A stretch of 64,000 nucleotides of DNA, taken from Phoronis australis (Eukaryota > Animalia > Phoronida). Positions 13,235 to 49,040 of this stretch are shown here, in pieces. The stretch spans positions 362,149-426,148 of the forward strand of contig NMRA01000391.1 of the NCBI GenBank assembly GCA_002633005.1, read 5' to 3'. Made by a program: the position numbers and the translations under genes. Within the stretch, counting starts at the first letter, position 1; every line of letters starts with the position of its first letter. The notes beneath the pieces were generated by a model, which worked only from the letters and a program-made list of their open reading frames with translations, had not been told where the DNA came from and did no database searches.

Positions 13235-14063
13235 CAGGGTGGTCCTAAAACTGTCCTATTTTATATTTCTACCTGATCTTGTGTTTTACATCTTTCTCAT
13301 GTTCTCACGTGGTGCAGACAACAGGCTCATTGAGAGTTTTTTACCTCAAAGGAATTGAACAATAAGCTATGCAGCAGTGGCTGTAATCAATTTCAGGAGC
13401 CTGAAAGTGTAGCAAATTCCAAGGGGGTCACACAATTGTCGACCTTTTCAGCCAGAGCACCATCCACTAAGGATGGACTGTTGCCTAAGATCACTTTCTA
13501 TTTACATCCAACGAACCAGTGTAGTGTAGTTTTCAATCCTGTGACAGACATCTTGGCAAAAAAGCTTTAGTTTATCGTGATCAGTCATTCTCCGTCTTCA
13601 AAATTTAATTTGTTTTTGTAAAAAAGCAGGCTACAGATTACAATGAGGAAAATCCTCGGATTAGTAACCTCAAAACCCCAAGTTCATGTGACAGACGGTC
13701 GTCCACACAAAGCCTGAATATTATTGAGAGTTCTGGCTCAAAGAGATCGACTGCTATTACCTTTATATGATACTCCTATGAAATTTGGTTTCACCAAACA
13801 CTAAAAAGTGGTCCTTCGAGCAGACGCATGGCTCCTGCCAAAACTTCGCCGCCACCGTCTTTGTGTTAGAAGTACGATTTGTGAAAAAGTAGGCTTCAAC
13901 GACTTTTATCCGCTGTTGCTTAGTGTGCCTTCCAATCTGATCCATATTCGTGTCAACAGAATATCTCCGGCCTACTGTCTATTGCATCTGAAAAATACTG
14001 AAAAATGCTGCAGAAGACAAATTTCACATATGTACAAAATAGGACGCCTTTTGGGCTAACCTG
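13235..14063 (-). mobile_element. Internally deleted Tc1/mariner-superfamily element
   Basis: TA|CAGGGTGGTCCTAAAACTGTCCTATTT ... AAATAGGACGCCTTTTGGGCTAACCTG|TA, i.e. imperfect TIRs with TA flanks. The minus-strand peptide HTKQQRIKVVEAYF resembles a transposase N-terminal HTH. Confidence 0.72.
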
Positions 14064-15242
14064 TAAACACCTCCGGTTACCCCAAGATCCCCCTTGCGAA
14101 TCACTCACATGTCCGCCGAGTCGCTTTATATTTTAAATTGATTTCAAGTCAATGTTGATCAATTGTTGTTTCCGTATAGTGAATTTTCAAATTCATGTAT
14201 TCCAAATGTTACTTTCCTACAAAAATGGCAATTCCCAATGTGATTCATTTACAATGATACACCAACGCTGACACTTCTTGGTAGTTGAATTCACAAGACT
14301 GTATGGGAAAGAAACATTCGAAACCCAAAAGATATAAAAGTACAAATGAACCGGCTAATTTACGTTTTGTTTCATATCTCATCTCTTGTGCGTCACAATC
14401 CCACACAAACGTCTGCTAATAATCTCAGCAGAAGTTGACGTCTGTGTAACAGTCCCAATATAGAGCAAGAAACCCCAAGAGAATTTTAATTCGACAAAAT
14501 AAACGGGAATCTTTCACTCAAAGTGTCATATTTCGACGTCATATGTTATTTTGGTTACAAATGGAACAAAAACAATTCAAAGTAACTGAAACTGCTAGTA
14601 ATCGAAACGCGGACACAACAAACCAAATCACCGTTTTAATGCAAAACGCAAACCAAATCACCGTTTTAATGCAAAACGCAAAATAACAACGTAATAAGCC
14701 ATACACAAAATGCCGTTAATTGTCAACCACGATCAAATAAAATCAACAACGCTTAGAGTATTCATTAACACGCGAATCGTACCCAAATGTCATGTCTATC
14801 AAATTGGCATGTTTCACGTAATTCTCAGAATTTTTAAACACTTTTCAAACGCTTTAGACTTCATCAGAATATACACATACGAAATTAAATAGGTACTTCG
14901 TGTCTGTTGACTAAGAACCGTGTTTGATTAGATATTTTTGTCCGCTAATCGATCACTGACATCCGGAGTGAAGATATATAAATGGTCATTCGTAGTGAAT
15001 TGATTGGCAAAAGATGATTAATGGGAAGTTTAATCAGTTAATAGTTAATTACAAGTTATATTCTCCTTGCTTGTTGGATATGAATGTACAGCATCGATCT
15101 GCAAGGCATTGCCTATTGAGGCAAATACCGTTCAACTGTACGCTGACTAATCACGTTGCGAATTCCCGGGGAGTAATATTAGTCCTAGCGAATTCCATAA
15201 GGAATAAAAATTGACACGTCTTATTAGCTACAAATGCTTTAA

Positions 15243-15730
15243 GGTAATGCGCTACCTTCGTTACCAAGGTTTTAATTTAGACTCATAAAACTGACATATT
15301 TTTTAGCAACTTTGATGATCTCAGAATCTAATATGTACACAAATATTATCCCCAATTGTTCGTAATCGTGAGCCTTTTTAAAACTTTGTTTTTACAGATA
15401 TCGTCGTAATTTCCACAAATATCATTTTTCCATGAAACTTACAAATTCTGTTTTTTATCAAGTTACTTACAAAAGCCGGAGAACTCCACTGTCAATGAAG
15501 ACAGGCACGCATTTGTAGCTAACAGTATTAAGAAACAGAAATTTCACGTTTCGTGCGTATAAATGTGTTTGCGCAAAACTTGGTGATTCCATGGAAATGG
15601 TGTTTAAAAAAACGCAATCATGTGATGACGAACACCTAGGCAATGATTTCGTGAACATATTGCGTTAGTCAACTATATCGGAAAGTTTTATCAGAAACTC
15701 AATCCTTGGTAAAGGCGGTAGCCTATTACC
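15243..15730. mobile_element. MITE with about 27-bp TIRs and TTAA-like flanks (Kolobok-like)
   Basis: TTAA|GGTAATGCGCTACCTTCGTTACCAAGG ... CCTTGGTAAAGGCGGTAGCCTATTACC|TTAC. Confidence 0.7.
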
Positions 15731-17225
15731 TTACAAATTGATTGAGACTCTGATAAGTCAGTAACCTGTTCACCTGCATCTTTTAGTTTAGTCTTGTATT
15801 AAAACACAAGACTAAACTATCTTACGTTTTTCTGTCGACACAGCTCACAAGGCAAGTATTAGCAGAGAAACAAGGTTCTTACTAGGATCATATTCCAACG
15901 TTGGTTTGGTCACTACAAGTTACTTTGTTGGCAAGCCAAGAATGCAAATAATTAATATTTACGATGGGCATTCGAAAGGAAGTCATCAGAAAATACAAAC
16001 AAGAATTGATCACACTCCGAAAGAGAATCCAAAAGTTAAACACTGCTGCTTGTGTTCGTGTTCGGTTTGTGCGTGTGGAACAAATGTAATCAGTAGTGCT
16101 AATGCACTTTCTAGCAGCGAGGCACAGCGTAACAGTACATTAGTTTTGTTAAATGAATTGAGAAACAAATAGTTGTGTTTGCAAATGTTTTTTTGGGGAA
16201 TTGTAACAGTGATAGAAAGGTGAATAGAATTGATATGGCGTTTTTATGTTCATTTAAAATCATTTTCAGGCTGCCACTGTGTGCGTGGTAAACACATTGT
16301 ATCGGTTGTGTTAGTTAACAATACATTCAGCGAGTTGGTAATAAGCAGCCTAATGTTCGTTATTGATTTATGAATTTCGAAGGGCGTACGCGTTTTTGGC
16401 GTCATTTGCATTAACTAAACTAGTTGTAATTATACGTTCGTTGCTGTGCTGTCCTCTGATTCTGTTATTTTCACCACCTGAACGCTTCAAAATGTTTGTC
16501 CACGTCATTGTTTCCAGTTGGTTGACTTTACAACAATAGTTTCGCCAGGGTCGGTAATTAGTCTCCAACAACAGGCCTTAAAATCAATGTCAATTACATT
16601 TCATCCGCTCACATTTTTTTCTTAATGGCACTATATTAAAAGAAAACGATTAATGAACATTTGCACTGCAAATATTGTGAACAAGCTCTCGATCAATTCA
16701 AAGTCAGTGATTATTTGTTTTCTTTTTATCATCTATTCTCAAAATACCAAGAATACAACTAAACAGGTTGTTTGACGTGCCAAAGAGGACAATCATGATT
16801 GTTCTCCACCCTGGTGTTCGTTCGATCCTATGCAGTAAATCGGACAGATTTTCGTTATCGATGATAGGACAGGGTTCAGTAACCAAATATCTATTGTAAC
16901 ACATTATAGATTTTAAGGCAACTGTGTACTTTTTCTATCAGTTCACAATTATTTATTTATCTTCAATTCACGAAATCCTGAATTAACAAAGAAAAGTTTT
17001 ATGTTTAAAAAATCATGTCTTGAGGGTTGTCTTCGTGTGAGTATGTTTTCCTGCTCCAATCGTAATTTTTCACAAAGATCGACATAAGTTTTGCGTTAAC
17101 CTTGAAAATTCTGTTTAGTAATTTTGTTAGCTACAAAAGCTTGTATGGTGTTTCTGTCAATGTTTTTTAGTTTGAGATTTGACTATCAAAACTCAAGACT
17201 TTATTGAAAACTTTTCGCGAAACAC

Positions 17226-17432
17226 TGTCATTTCACGTTGACCTTACAGCACCGTATATAAGACATGTCATTTCACGTTGAGGTTGCAGCACTATATATA
17301 TGACATGTCATTTCATCTTGATCTTACAGCACTGCTGTATATATGACATGTCATTTCACGTTGACCTTACAGCACTGTATATAAGACATGTCATTTCACG
17401 TTGACGTCACAGCACTGTATATAAGACATGTC
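17226..17432. repeat. 40-bp minisatellite, 5 copies
   Basis: Unit TGTCATTTCACGTTGACCTTACAGCACTGTATATAAGACA repeated in tandem. Confidence 0.93.
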
Positions 17433-18059
17433 TGTTTTTAAACGTAACATGTTCAGATGACTGCAAGGATCGAAAATATTTTTGTACACGCGTTTTATTT
17501 CCATGTTTTAAAAATGCAAGGTTTCATGGGTTGCACATGCGTGCATTGATTGAGAACAAGACACAGCCATCAGTTTTAATGACGCACACACTATATTTAC
17601 TGAAACATTTTCATTCCTAGAACAAGTGACAAACTGTGAATTCATTTTATAAAAAGAAACATTGCAACATATTTGTGTTTTACAATGACATTATCGGCGA
17701 CTTGTTTTCTGAAATCGACACCGATGCGAAATTGAACTCACAACATCATTTGTCGCAGCCCAACACATAGCTGTAGGAGCTAAAAATCGTTAAATCGCAG
17801 AGTAATATAAGCGAATTTAACCAGTAAAGTCATAGGCCTTGATTTCAGCGAATGCCTGGCAGACAACGGTGTGACTGAAGCGGTTTGTAGTAAAACACGG
17901 TGTAATGTTCAGCTGGGGAAGTAGATGCTCCTGCATTAACGGCAGAGTTAATGTAAATTCACTTTATTTCAAAGAATGTCTGACAGACAATGACTGGACA
18001 AGAAATGACAATTCGTAATAAAAACACAAAAACACGGGTTTTGTTGTTTTATAGTTCTG

Positions 18060-18460
18060 GGCCCGGTCTCTAATCTTTGTACTCGAAACGAACTCAAAAC
18101 TATTTTTGGCAATTTCTCTGCTCCTTTTGTGCGAACTTAAGATAATTGGTTAACAGCCTGTGCTCGAATACACTATAGTTTATGCATAGGAGTTTCTAGT
18201 TCAAGTTTGCCCTTGAAGACCCTTATATTCGTGCTACAAACTCGAGTAAAAACTCAAAATTTTGAGTTCAAACTCGAACTTATTGCTTTAATATTGGGTT
18301 TACAAACTGTGAACTAAGGGCAATAAATTATCTACGTAAGTTATTGTGTACTCGAGCATAGAATAATAGACACTTATCTTGAGTTCGCCCAAAAGTAGAG
18401 TAAAAAATGCCAAACCTAATTTCGAGTTCCATTTTGAGTAAAAAGATTGGAGACCTGGCC
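18060..18460. mobile_element. Palindromic MITE, PIF/Harbinger-like
   Basis: Imperfect terminal inverted repeats of about 90 bp (GGCCCGGTCTCTAATCTTT / AAAGATTGGAGACCTGGCC), flanked on both sides by CTG (a CWG-type TSD). Confidence 0.8.
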
Positions 18461-19519
18461 CTGGTCACAGTTAATAAATTCAGAAAATATTACCCATCCA
18501 ACAAATGTCCCCAAAATACGTGTTTCGGCGGTGAAACCGACTGTGTTCCTTTAAAGAGTTCCCACCATGCATTTTTTTTAGTTTTTTTAAGTTTCAATTA
18601 GCTAATGTGAAATGAATACCATAAAATCTAATTAAATGAGCACTTTTAATGTCAAATAGTCGCGATTTTTTTTACAAATTTTTAATAAAAATTAGTTATT
18701 TTAAAGTTTTCCGCTAAATAATGTAATGACATTTATCTTATTTGGCCAGCAGGGATGTGTCATAATGTATACCAATGTCGTAACAACGTTAAGTTTGTAG
18801 GATGAATATCAAAATCTTGTTCAACACGGTATAACATTGCGTTGTGGGGTTAACACCGAAAATCGGCTCTCCTGGCCGATATCTCGGGTACAAGGTCGAG
18901 TCCTTGACTTTTGGTCATAATCGATTATTTTTCTGTTGTAATCGATCACCGGCCCATAACCACTGCATAGGTTTTCAATAAATACGTCACTGTTAATCGA
19001 CTTTTCTACTAATTACTGTCTCGTCTGTTTGTAAGCTTGACTTCTTTGTTAACTCGTGTGCCAAGGTCAAGAGAGCTACACTAAGGGATGAAACAACGAA
19101 CGATGAATATGTTTTTATTATTATTGATTTTCTCAGTGTACCATATATGTGTTACTTTTTTATCCGTTGTGTTTATTTGTTTTATGCAGTCGTAATATAA
19201 TTTCCTTATAATTTCAATTACCTTTTTGTATAATTTTAGTTGTATCATTTTGTAAATTTGACCACAGTAGTGGGAATTAGCTCAACACTTTCCTGTGTAA
19301 CGCAGGACATTTTTTAATTGTACTCTATCATTATTATTATTTTTATCCTCGTTGTCTTGCCTTTTTCTTTCCACGGTAACATACACGTCACATATTTAAT
19401 CAATTAATCAATAAAACAATATATAGCAAGGAACCAAGTAACGATTTCGGTGCAGAGAGTCAGGAAATGTTTGAGGTCCTCGAGTACAGTTGTAATCCAA
19501 CGACGAGGTTGCTATTATA

Positions 19520-19693
19520 GGCCCGTTCGTGCGAGTCTTTTTGCGACTTTTCCGGGAATTTCGGAAAACTTATTTCGTGAACACAAAAATTGCTGCTTTA
19601 TTGGCTGTGTTCATTAGATTAAAAATTTTGGGACAAAAATTCTGACCTTTGTTGCAAGAAATCATTTTGCAAAATGACACGCGTGAACGGGAC
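19520..19693. mobile_element. Short MITE
   Basis: GGCCCGTTCGTGCGAGTCTTTTTGC ... GCAAAATGACACGCGTGAACGGGAC imperfect TIRs. Confidence 0.55.
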
Positions 19694-22129
19694 ATTTAAA
19701 ACTGCATTTTTGACAATACATACAAAGAATTGGCTGTTAACACGTACATGACACATCGCAAATTTCTCGAAATTTCTTGTACTGAAACATACGCAGAGTC
19801 GCCAAGAATCGTCTTCTGAAGGTGTATAATATTATGTATGATAAATACTGTTTTTTTCTGTAGGATTGTTATCAGGCTAACTGGGAGATTGATTGATAGA
19901 GAGGATTAGACAAACGTATGGTTATTTCAACACAAATAACCGGAGCTGCCATGGTGTTCTCATACATGTACGGTACCTGTCGTGGCCGAAGTTTGCTTTT
20001 TACCAAACAAACAAATGATTTTGAGTCTGATGATTACATACTTTTCACACGGGCAAAAAGTTCGGAGTTTCCCAATTAAGTCGAATACTAAAAACGAACT
20101 CTGACCACATTGCCCCCAGCAGTTATGCACAGCAAGGTACAAAGCGCATGTGCGTTGAAGTGATTGGTTTCTGAACCCTAAATATGGGATAAAGTAAACA
20201 ATATTAGTATCTAATTTAAGTGTATTTTAATTTTCATCTACTTTCCAAGCTGCACAAATGCCTCGCCGCAAAATCAATAAAAACAATGCTTGTAAAAAAG
20301 TCCCACAACCTGGGACAGATATATCGGCTATATGAACCTGCCTTCCATTTCATTAATCAACTGAGACCAATTTTATAGCAGTTTGTACTCTAGATCAAGA
20401 GTTCGTTTCTTTAGTGGACTCGGAACGCTGGTTTATAGACGCTGCAAATTAAACAAATTTATTCTCGCTGCCAAACCAATAAAAATAATGTTTGTTAAAC
20501 AGTAAAGTGCAACCTGGGAAGCTTAAATTCAATTAAAGGGTAATAATAGGTTTCACAGCCGAAAAACGTATGGGACAGTTGTTAAATGGGATAGAATTTA
20601 TTGGAGATATTACTTTTGAAACTGCTACAATACCTGTTGTGTTTTTGCGATTTTATTACAAATTGCCAAAGTTGTCTGCTAGGCATTCACTGACGGAAAT
20701 CAAAGCCTGCGCCTTTACTATTTGGGTAGCTTGAAAGTATACCAAGTGCAGGCAGTTTCCAGTCTCTGTTCCATGTAAAACACTGAGAATCTGAACAGTA
20801 CACTGTAGGCGCAAAGTCAAAAGATGATACCAAAGTCAATTTTCCATCTTTTACGAGTACCGTCGCTGCAAATACGAAGCCGGCTATTTAAAAACTAACA
20901 AAAATACATTAAATGTCAATTTTCACCGCATAGCTGGCCATTCGTGTGAAATTACTATGAGTTGGGAGATAGTTAGTCTGTTAAAACCTCCAGATCAGTT
21001 TTATAGACATCAACTGAAACTTACTTGCCGGGTGTTAACCAGCCAGTTTCTTTTTTCTGAAGTGCTAATGTTTCACTCGGCTAGTTCCAGCTTCACTGCC
21101 AGCAAGCCACGTTTGAATCGGTGGGCGCCTACTTAAATTCTCCAGGTCGTTTAAACACCGGATCCTGGTGCAAATGGGCTCTCTTAACGAGGAAATTTTC
21201 CACTGTTACTGGAATTACACTTTACTAAATTATAGTTTGTTCAAGACACTGCGGAGTTCATCCTGCTTTTATTTATTTGTTTTTGTTCGGCAGTACATTG
21301 ACTGAGGCTCCGGGGGGACTGACTCAGTCTCGTCCGGCTTATGGTAGTTCTATTCCTGTCAATCGGCAGGAGGCTCACTTTGTAGAGCAGTAGCCTAGAG
21401 ACAGATATGAATCATGGCATCATTTGAATCTAGTCAAAGGGGATGTTCCCAGCCAAATTTTGATATGTGTGTCGGACTCCGGCATATCGGCAGTAGGTAT
21501 TCTCGCAGGCCGGTGACCCGTGCGTACGCCGGTCCAACTGAAACTTGAGCTAATGATGGTGTTTTCGTCGAGGCCCAATTTTAGAGGTCCATTTCATAAT
21601 GATGAGCCATTTAAAATCCCGGTTGCCCGGTTAGGCCTACTGGCATTGGAATTTTGAATCGTCCGCCCAAACAGGGTCACGATCTCCGTGTTCCGATGCT
21701 CATTTATTGGAAGACCTGGCACAAATCAATGGGCGAATAAGATGATAATTGTTACATTAACGTCTTATCATTGGACCTTGAGTGTATCACATAATATCAC
21801 AAATGTCACTATTCATTCAAAAAAACAGCACGAAAACGCAAGTTAGAGAAATTTACAACGGAGTGTACAAAAGGAGGTCAATGTACTAATAGAAATTTAC
21901 AACTAGAATAGTATTTCGTTTTCCTTTCAATTCTATTTGTAAACCTTTCGTTCATTGGACAAAATATGTAATTGAAATCCTACTCTTGTGCGTTATTTCT
22001 AAATTTTAGGAGCAAGTAATCAAGTTTGACTATATTCCCAAGTTTAAAAAGTTCCTAAAATTCGAGAATACTTATTTATTTATGTCATGCTTCCACAAGA
22101 ATAGGAAAGGTTTACTCTTCTAGTTATTG

Positions 22130-22403
22130 TCTGAACCAATCAGCTTATTCGTAGCAAAAGCAGGTGTGTTCGGTTATTTACTAAAACAAGTTTGGTTGCT
22201 GTGTGAACGAACTGAAAATAGCTCCGTTTTAACCAGAAGACGAGTGTCTAGAAGAGATCAGGTGAATACTATTACCAGCTTCAGCAACACACTTTCTGTG
22301 GTCAACTTTCAGTCTTTCACCGCTTGCGATATTTGAAATTGCATTCCTGAAGTCGTTGAGCACGACTTCGTTAGAGCCGCACAGCCCGGCAGCGGCAGTG
22401 AGT
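22130..22403 (+). promoter_or_regulatory. Candidate DZANK1 promoter / non-coding first exon
   Basis: CCAAT box at 22136, a weak X-box-like GTTGCT-GT-GTGAAC at 22195, a CpG-retaining patch, and a donor-like CA|GTGAGT at 22398. Inference only. Confidence 0.3.
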
Positions 22404-25400
22404 GAATAGTGACGACAGTGCACTAGTCAGTGGCACGACAGTGTACCACACTGCTACTGTACTCACGTATTCTGGCTAAGTGCTTGAGGTTTGGGATGTG
22501 CTACTTCTCAATTACTTCAAAACATTCCTGTATTATAACATAATTATTCTCTGTTCACGTTTTCATCACAAGAATTCACAATCCCAAATTAAAGAATTGT
22601 CCATTAAAAAAGGCCTGTTTTGTAAACACGACTCCTTTGCCGGTTTTCGCTCAATTCCACCACTGGCACCAGAAGAAACCCCCAAAAACTACTCTTGTTT
22701 CCAAATGGCATACAAGTTACAAGTAGGGCAGTAGGCCTACATTAAGTTTTGCTGTCTTTTTTCAAATCACGATCGACTTAAACTTTATGACAAAGATACT
22801 GTTGATAAAATGGCGTGGGGAATAAGGCATTTGTCTGGACGGAACATGTTGACATTTCTGCATATATTGCCGACTTCATGGGCGGCACAGCACTGAAAAA
22901 AGTGGGGGGCTTAGGCCCCCTCATCCCCCCCTGTGATGCACCACCTATAGACCACGTGCGGCGTAGTCAGTGAAAAAAAAAGGGGGGGGGCTATAGCAAC
23001 CCCCAGCCCCTATGGTGGGCCATGTTTCTACCCATTACTGTATTTTGGTTCACTTAGGCCATGCAGCAACTACAGGTATAACTAACATTTTTAGTTGCAA
23101 CTTGTAGACAAATTTGTGTTTCAATAGGCGACTAGCCTCTAGAGCATGTCTTTAAATAGTTATTTACGGACAGGTGACATATCTAGTGTTCAGTTCCAGA
23201 TCGTCAATCAAATCTTTGGCACTAGTGAGTGACTATTTAAGTATTCAACAAGTTCAGTGTATGCTCTCCTGGTAGAAAATTTCTTCTTTCTTGACGATGT
23301 GCCATAAAGTTTTAATAATTAAAAAATAATAATTTTGCATTTTCCCCAAATACCTCATCTCTAACGTCAGCTCTAGTTGCTTGAAGCCATATCACACAAT
23401 AAAAACAGAAACTCGCCAAAAGTAAGTGTTCATCATTGAGCAACATCGTGCGCTTGCTTCAGAAAATAAAGAAAAACCCCTACACTATTTAATTGAATTA
23501 TTTATTTCTGTTCAAATTTGTGACAATTACGTCCAACTATTTTGGAATGCATATTGTGATGTATATCCAACATGTATTGTGTTAAATCACTGTCATTGAT
23601 CAAGGTAATTGCCTTGAAACTATAGTCACTTCTTACTAGTGTGCTACCTTGGATTTCTAAACTAACTAGCTATCGAGAGTGATCATGAACACTCACCTTC
23701 TCTTGTGATTGCTCGTTTACTCAGAGATTTTGTTAAGTGTCGGCCATCAGACTGGGTCCGATTTATTTTCTGAATGTCCGATTGATTTTACTTTAGTCCA
23801 GACATTTGGCCAATTTATTTCTAGTAATGGTGTAGACAGAATTTGCACTCTCTGCCATTCAGTGTTTGTCGCGAACTCAACAATTCAGGGCAAAGAACCA
23901 CTTCGTTTGAAAGTTTTACTTTGCATTCTCTGCTGATCAATTTAGGACAACGTTTGGTCTCCATACTCTAATCTTATTTAGGACAACGTTTGGTCACCAT
24001 ACTCTAATCTTATTGGGTGTTGCTTTTGCATTTCTCTCGTAGACGAATACTATTTGTTACTTTTGATGCATTTCTCAGGTCATCAGCGAATCGAAATTGA
24101 GCTCATTTCATTAATTGTAAGGAGCTTTGTTGGCTAATCTAATATTTATGATTACCCCCTTTAAAAACTGCCATGCCATTCACTCTTTACTTTGACAGCT
24201 GCATTGCGCGACATTTGAGTTTTCAGGGGGAGTAATTGCGACAATGTGGACAGCCAGTATCGTCTCTGTTTTTCATTATGAAATGGCGTGCACATTTGAC
24301 GCATAGTAATGAAAATAGAGTCGTGTTGTCTAATGCGAAAAGGCCTAAAAAGACTGTGGATTATTTTACAAGTCGAGAGTTGTTCCACGTACACAAATTG
24401 ACTTAGATGCTTGTATGATAGATGATCCAGTTCCTGATCCGAATTGTAGTGGTAATGAGGCTCAGTCAACGAAACGCAATTTATATGCCTACTGTGACTG
24501 ATGAACCTCTTAAAGTACAATTTTTATCGACAACATCGGCATCCAAGTTCTTACAGTTGGCTGCAAAATTGAGTGTTAGTGGTTATCAACCAGAAGAGCA
24601 AGTTTGGAATGGCATAATTACAACCTTTTGACAATCCAGCAAATATATCTCTAGAAATATTGGTTTTATCTGGCCTTTCTTTTCCATACAAATACATGGA
24701 AAACGCTCGTGAAGTGGTGGATCTAGTGTACTTGATTACGTATTCAAGATCTTGGACCTAACCATGGACTCGATGTTGTGCATTTTTTGCAAGAATTTTA
24801 ATTCCTGTGGCATGGAGTTTACTGTTGTCTGTACCAACTTCAGAAAGGATGGAATGTTGAATTTTAATTGACATTACGAGAATATTCACCATAAGAAAGC
24901 TGTACACGTGTAAGACATGAGACTGAGAGAAAACATAAACTGGAGGTTTCTGGACCGTCGAGCCCAAGCAATACCCAAGGCCTCTGGGATAGTGTATACC
25001 TGGGATGATACTAAATGAGGGAAAACCTTCTGGGGAAAGTACCTTTCTTACCAGTTTTGGAAATGAGTTGTGATTTTCATGATTTAGATTGAAAATGGCT
25101 ATCTGTATAAACCATTTTTTGTGTCCAAAATAACTTTTGGTTCGCTGGCATAGTTACACACCCAAATGGGCATTTTTGCATTCTTGTCATATATTACAAG
25201 TGAATTGGCATAATTATTTGCATAGACCAATCCAATGTGTCAGTACCTTGAACTTACAAATTTGAACTGAAATGTTAACGCTGTAATCTGAAACTTATTG
25301 AGCCTGGTCTGCAGCAATAAGGAACTCTAAATTCTTCCCTAGGCCAGAACTCGCCTCTAAACCGACTAAGGAACAATGTTAGACCAATTTTATGGTGGTA

Positions 25401-25404
25401 AGTG

Positions 25405-25418
25405 GTCACCGTGGTAAC
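25405..25418. promoter_or_regulatory. RFX X-box motif upstream of the DZANK1 start codon
   Basis: GTCACC-GT-GGTAAC matches the GTNRCC-N(0-3)-RGYAAC consensus and lies about 60 nt before the ATG. Confidence 0.5.
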
Positions 25419-25440
25419 CACAGGTTTAATGCTTCTTTAA

Positions 25441-47812
<22,372 letters not shown>

Positions 47813-48941
47813 GAATAATTGTGCAGTTTTAAAGACACATAACACCTGTTCTCAATTTTTGATAACAAGATCTCCACATACTTTCAATTAGGTCAGTTAC
47901 CGATCTCAACTTTTTCTTTTATCTAGATTAGAAGTGGTTCCTGAAAAAAATTAGAGTATATTGTTACTAAGATTGAACTCATTTGACTAAATGTTGGCTG
48001 ACATAAGTGATGACATTCATGACTGTTTGCATGTTTCAAAATAGGTGGTTCACATTTGGTGAAATTATTGTTCTATTATATATTGTCGCTTTCATATTAA
48101 GCTCTGTCGACAGTGTAGTAGAAAAGCTGCTGTTGGAATTTGAAAATGATCATGTGGATGGCAGCTTGCAAACTGGGTTACAACCAGTCTCTGTGCCTTT
48201 TGTTCTGGCTCTACAGTCAAACTTTGTAACAATGTGCCTGATTTGTAATGTTCACTTGCTTAGAGTATTCCAGTCAATAAGTCTAACACCAACATATACT
48301 TGTGGCAGTACTGTAGCATTGATGGCAGCATTCAGTCAGTTACAACCAGTCTCTGTGCCTTATTGTTCTGGCTCTACTAATAGTTTTAAGTAACGCAAAT
48401 CAAAATAAGAAGGAACTTTGGAAAAAGTTAGGTTCTTATCTTTATTTTTGTAGTATTTAAATATCAATGTGCACTTGAGTTTATTTTGTCATGTAGCTCA
48501 AAATGGTTTATTGAAAAAATGTACAATGCTGTGTTGTGTAATAATGACAGGATATTTATAGTACATGATTATGAAAGATAATCTCTATTGTTGCATGGCT
48601 GAACATTTATTTTGTTGGTTCAGTAACGGTGTTAATTGCAATGGACATTTTAAATATCAAATAATGAATAGTGAAAGTGGATGTCTAGTCCGAATTTTTT
48701 TGAGGTTTTAGCATATTAGTTGCCGTGTTAACACTTCTTGCTGTAGTTTGGACTTGTAGGTCTTCCTTGCAATATACCATTTGTAGCTTCACTGCTTAAA
48801 GTAGCATGTCTGAATGCATTATATATGTATCTGGTTTTATTATGCAATTTATCATTGAAGATGTATCCTGTAGTGAAAATGTGTACGAGTTTTTAGTATG
48901 TAAGTCATCATTATGAGCTTCTTGTAAGCCTTTGTAGTATC

Positions 48942-49040
48942 AAGGTTATGTAGGACCCTAGAAAAATGTCCAAATTTGGCCAACTTCAGAACATCATATC
49001 ACAGAAATGGCTGATCAGATTCATATGAAACTTTCAGGTG
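48942..49040 (+). repeat. Dispersed repeat terminus (other copies at about 158-225 + and about 40500-40575 -)
   Basis: AGGTTATGTAGGACCCTAGAAAAA shared with the copy at 158; TGTCCAAATTTGGC..ACTTCAGAACATCATATC is present reverse-complemented at about 40515-40575. Confidence 0.75.

Noticed and set aside
48007-48393. 128-aa hydrophobic ORF after the DZANK1 stop
   Set aside because: It lies in T-rich probable 3'UTR and contains a 37-bp duplication; the hydrophobicity is explained by base composition.
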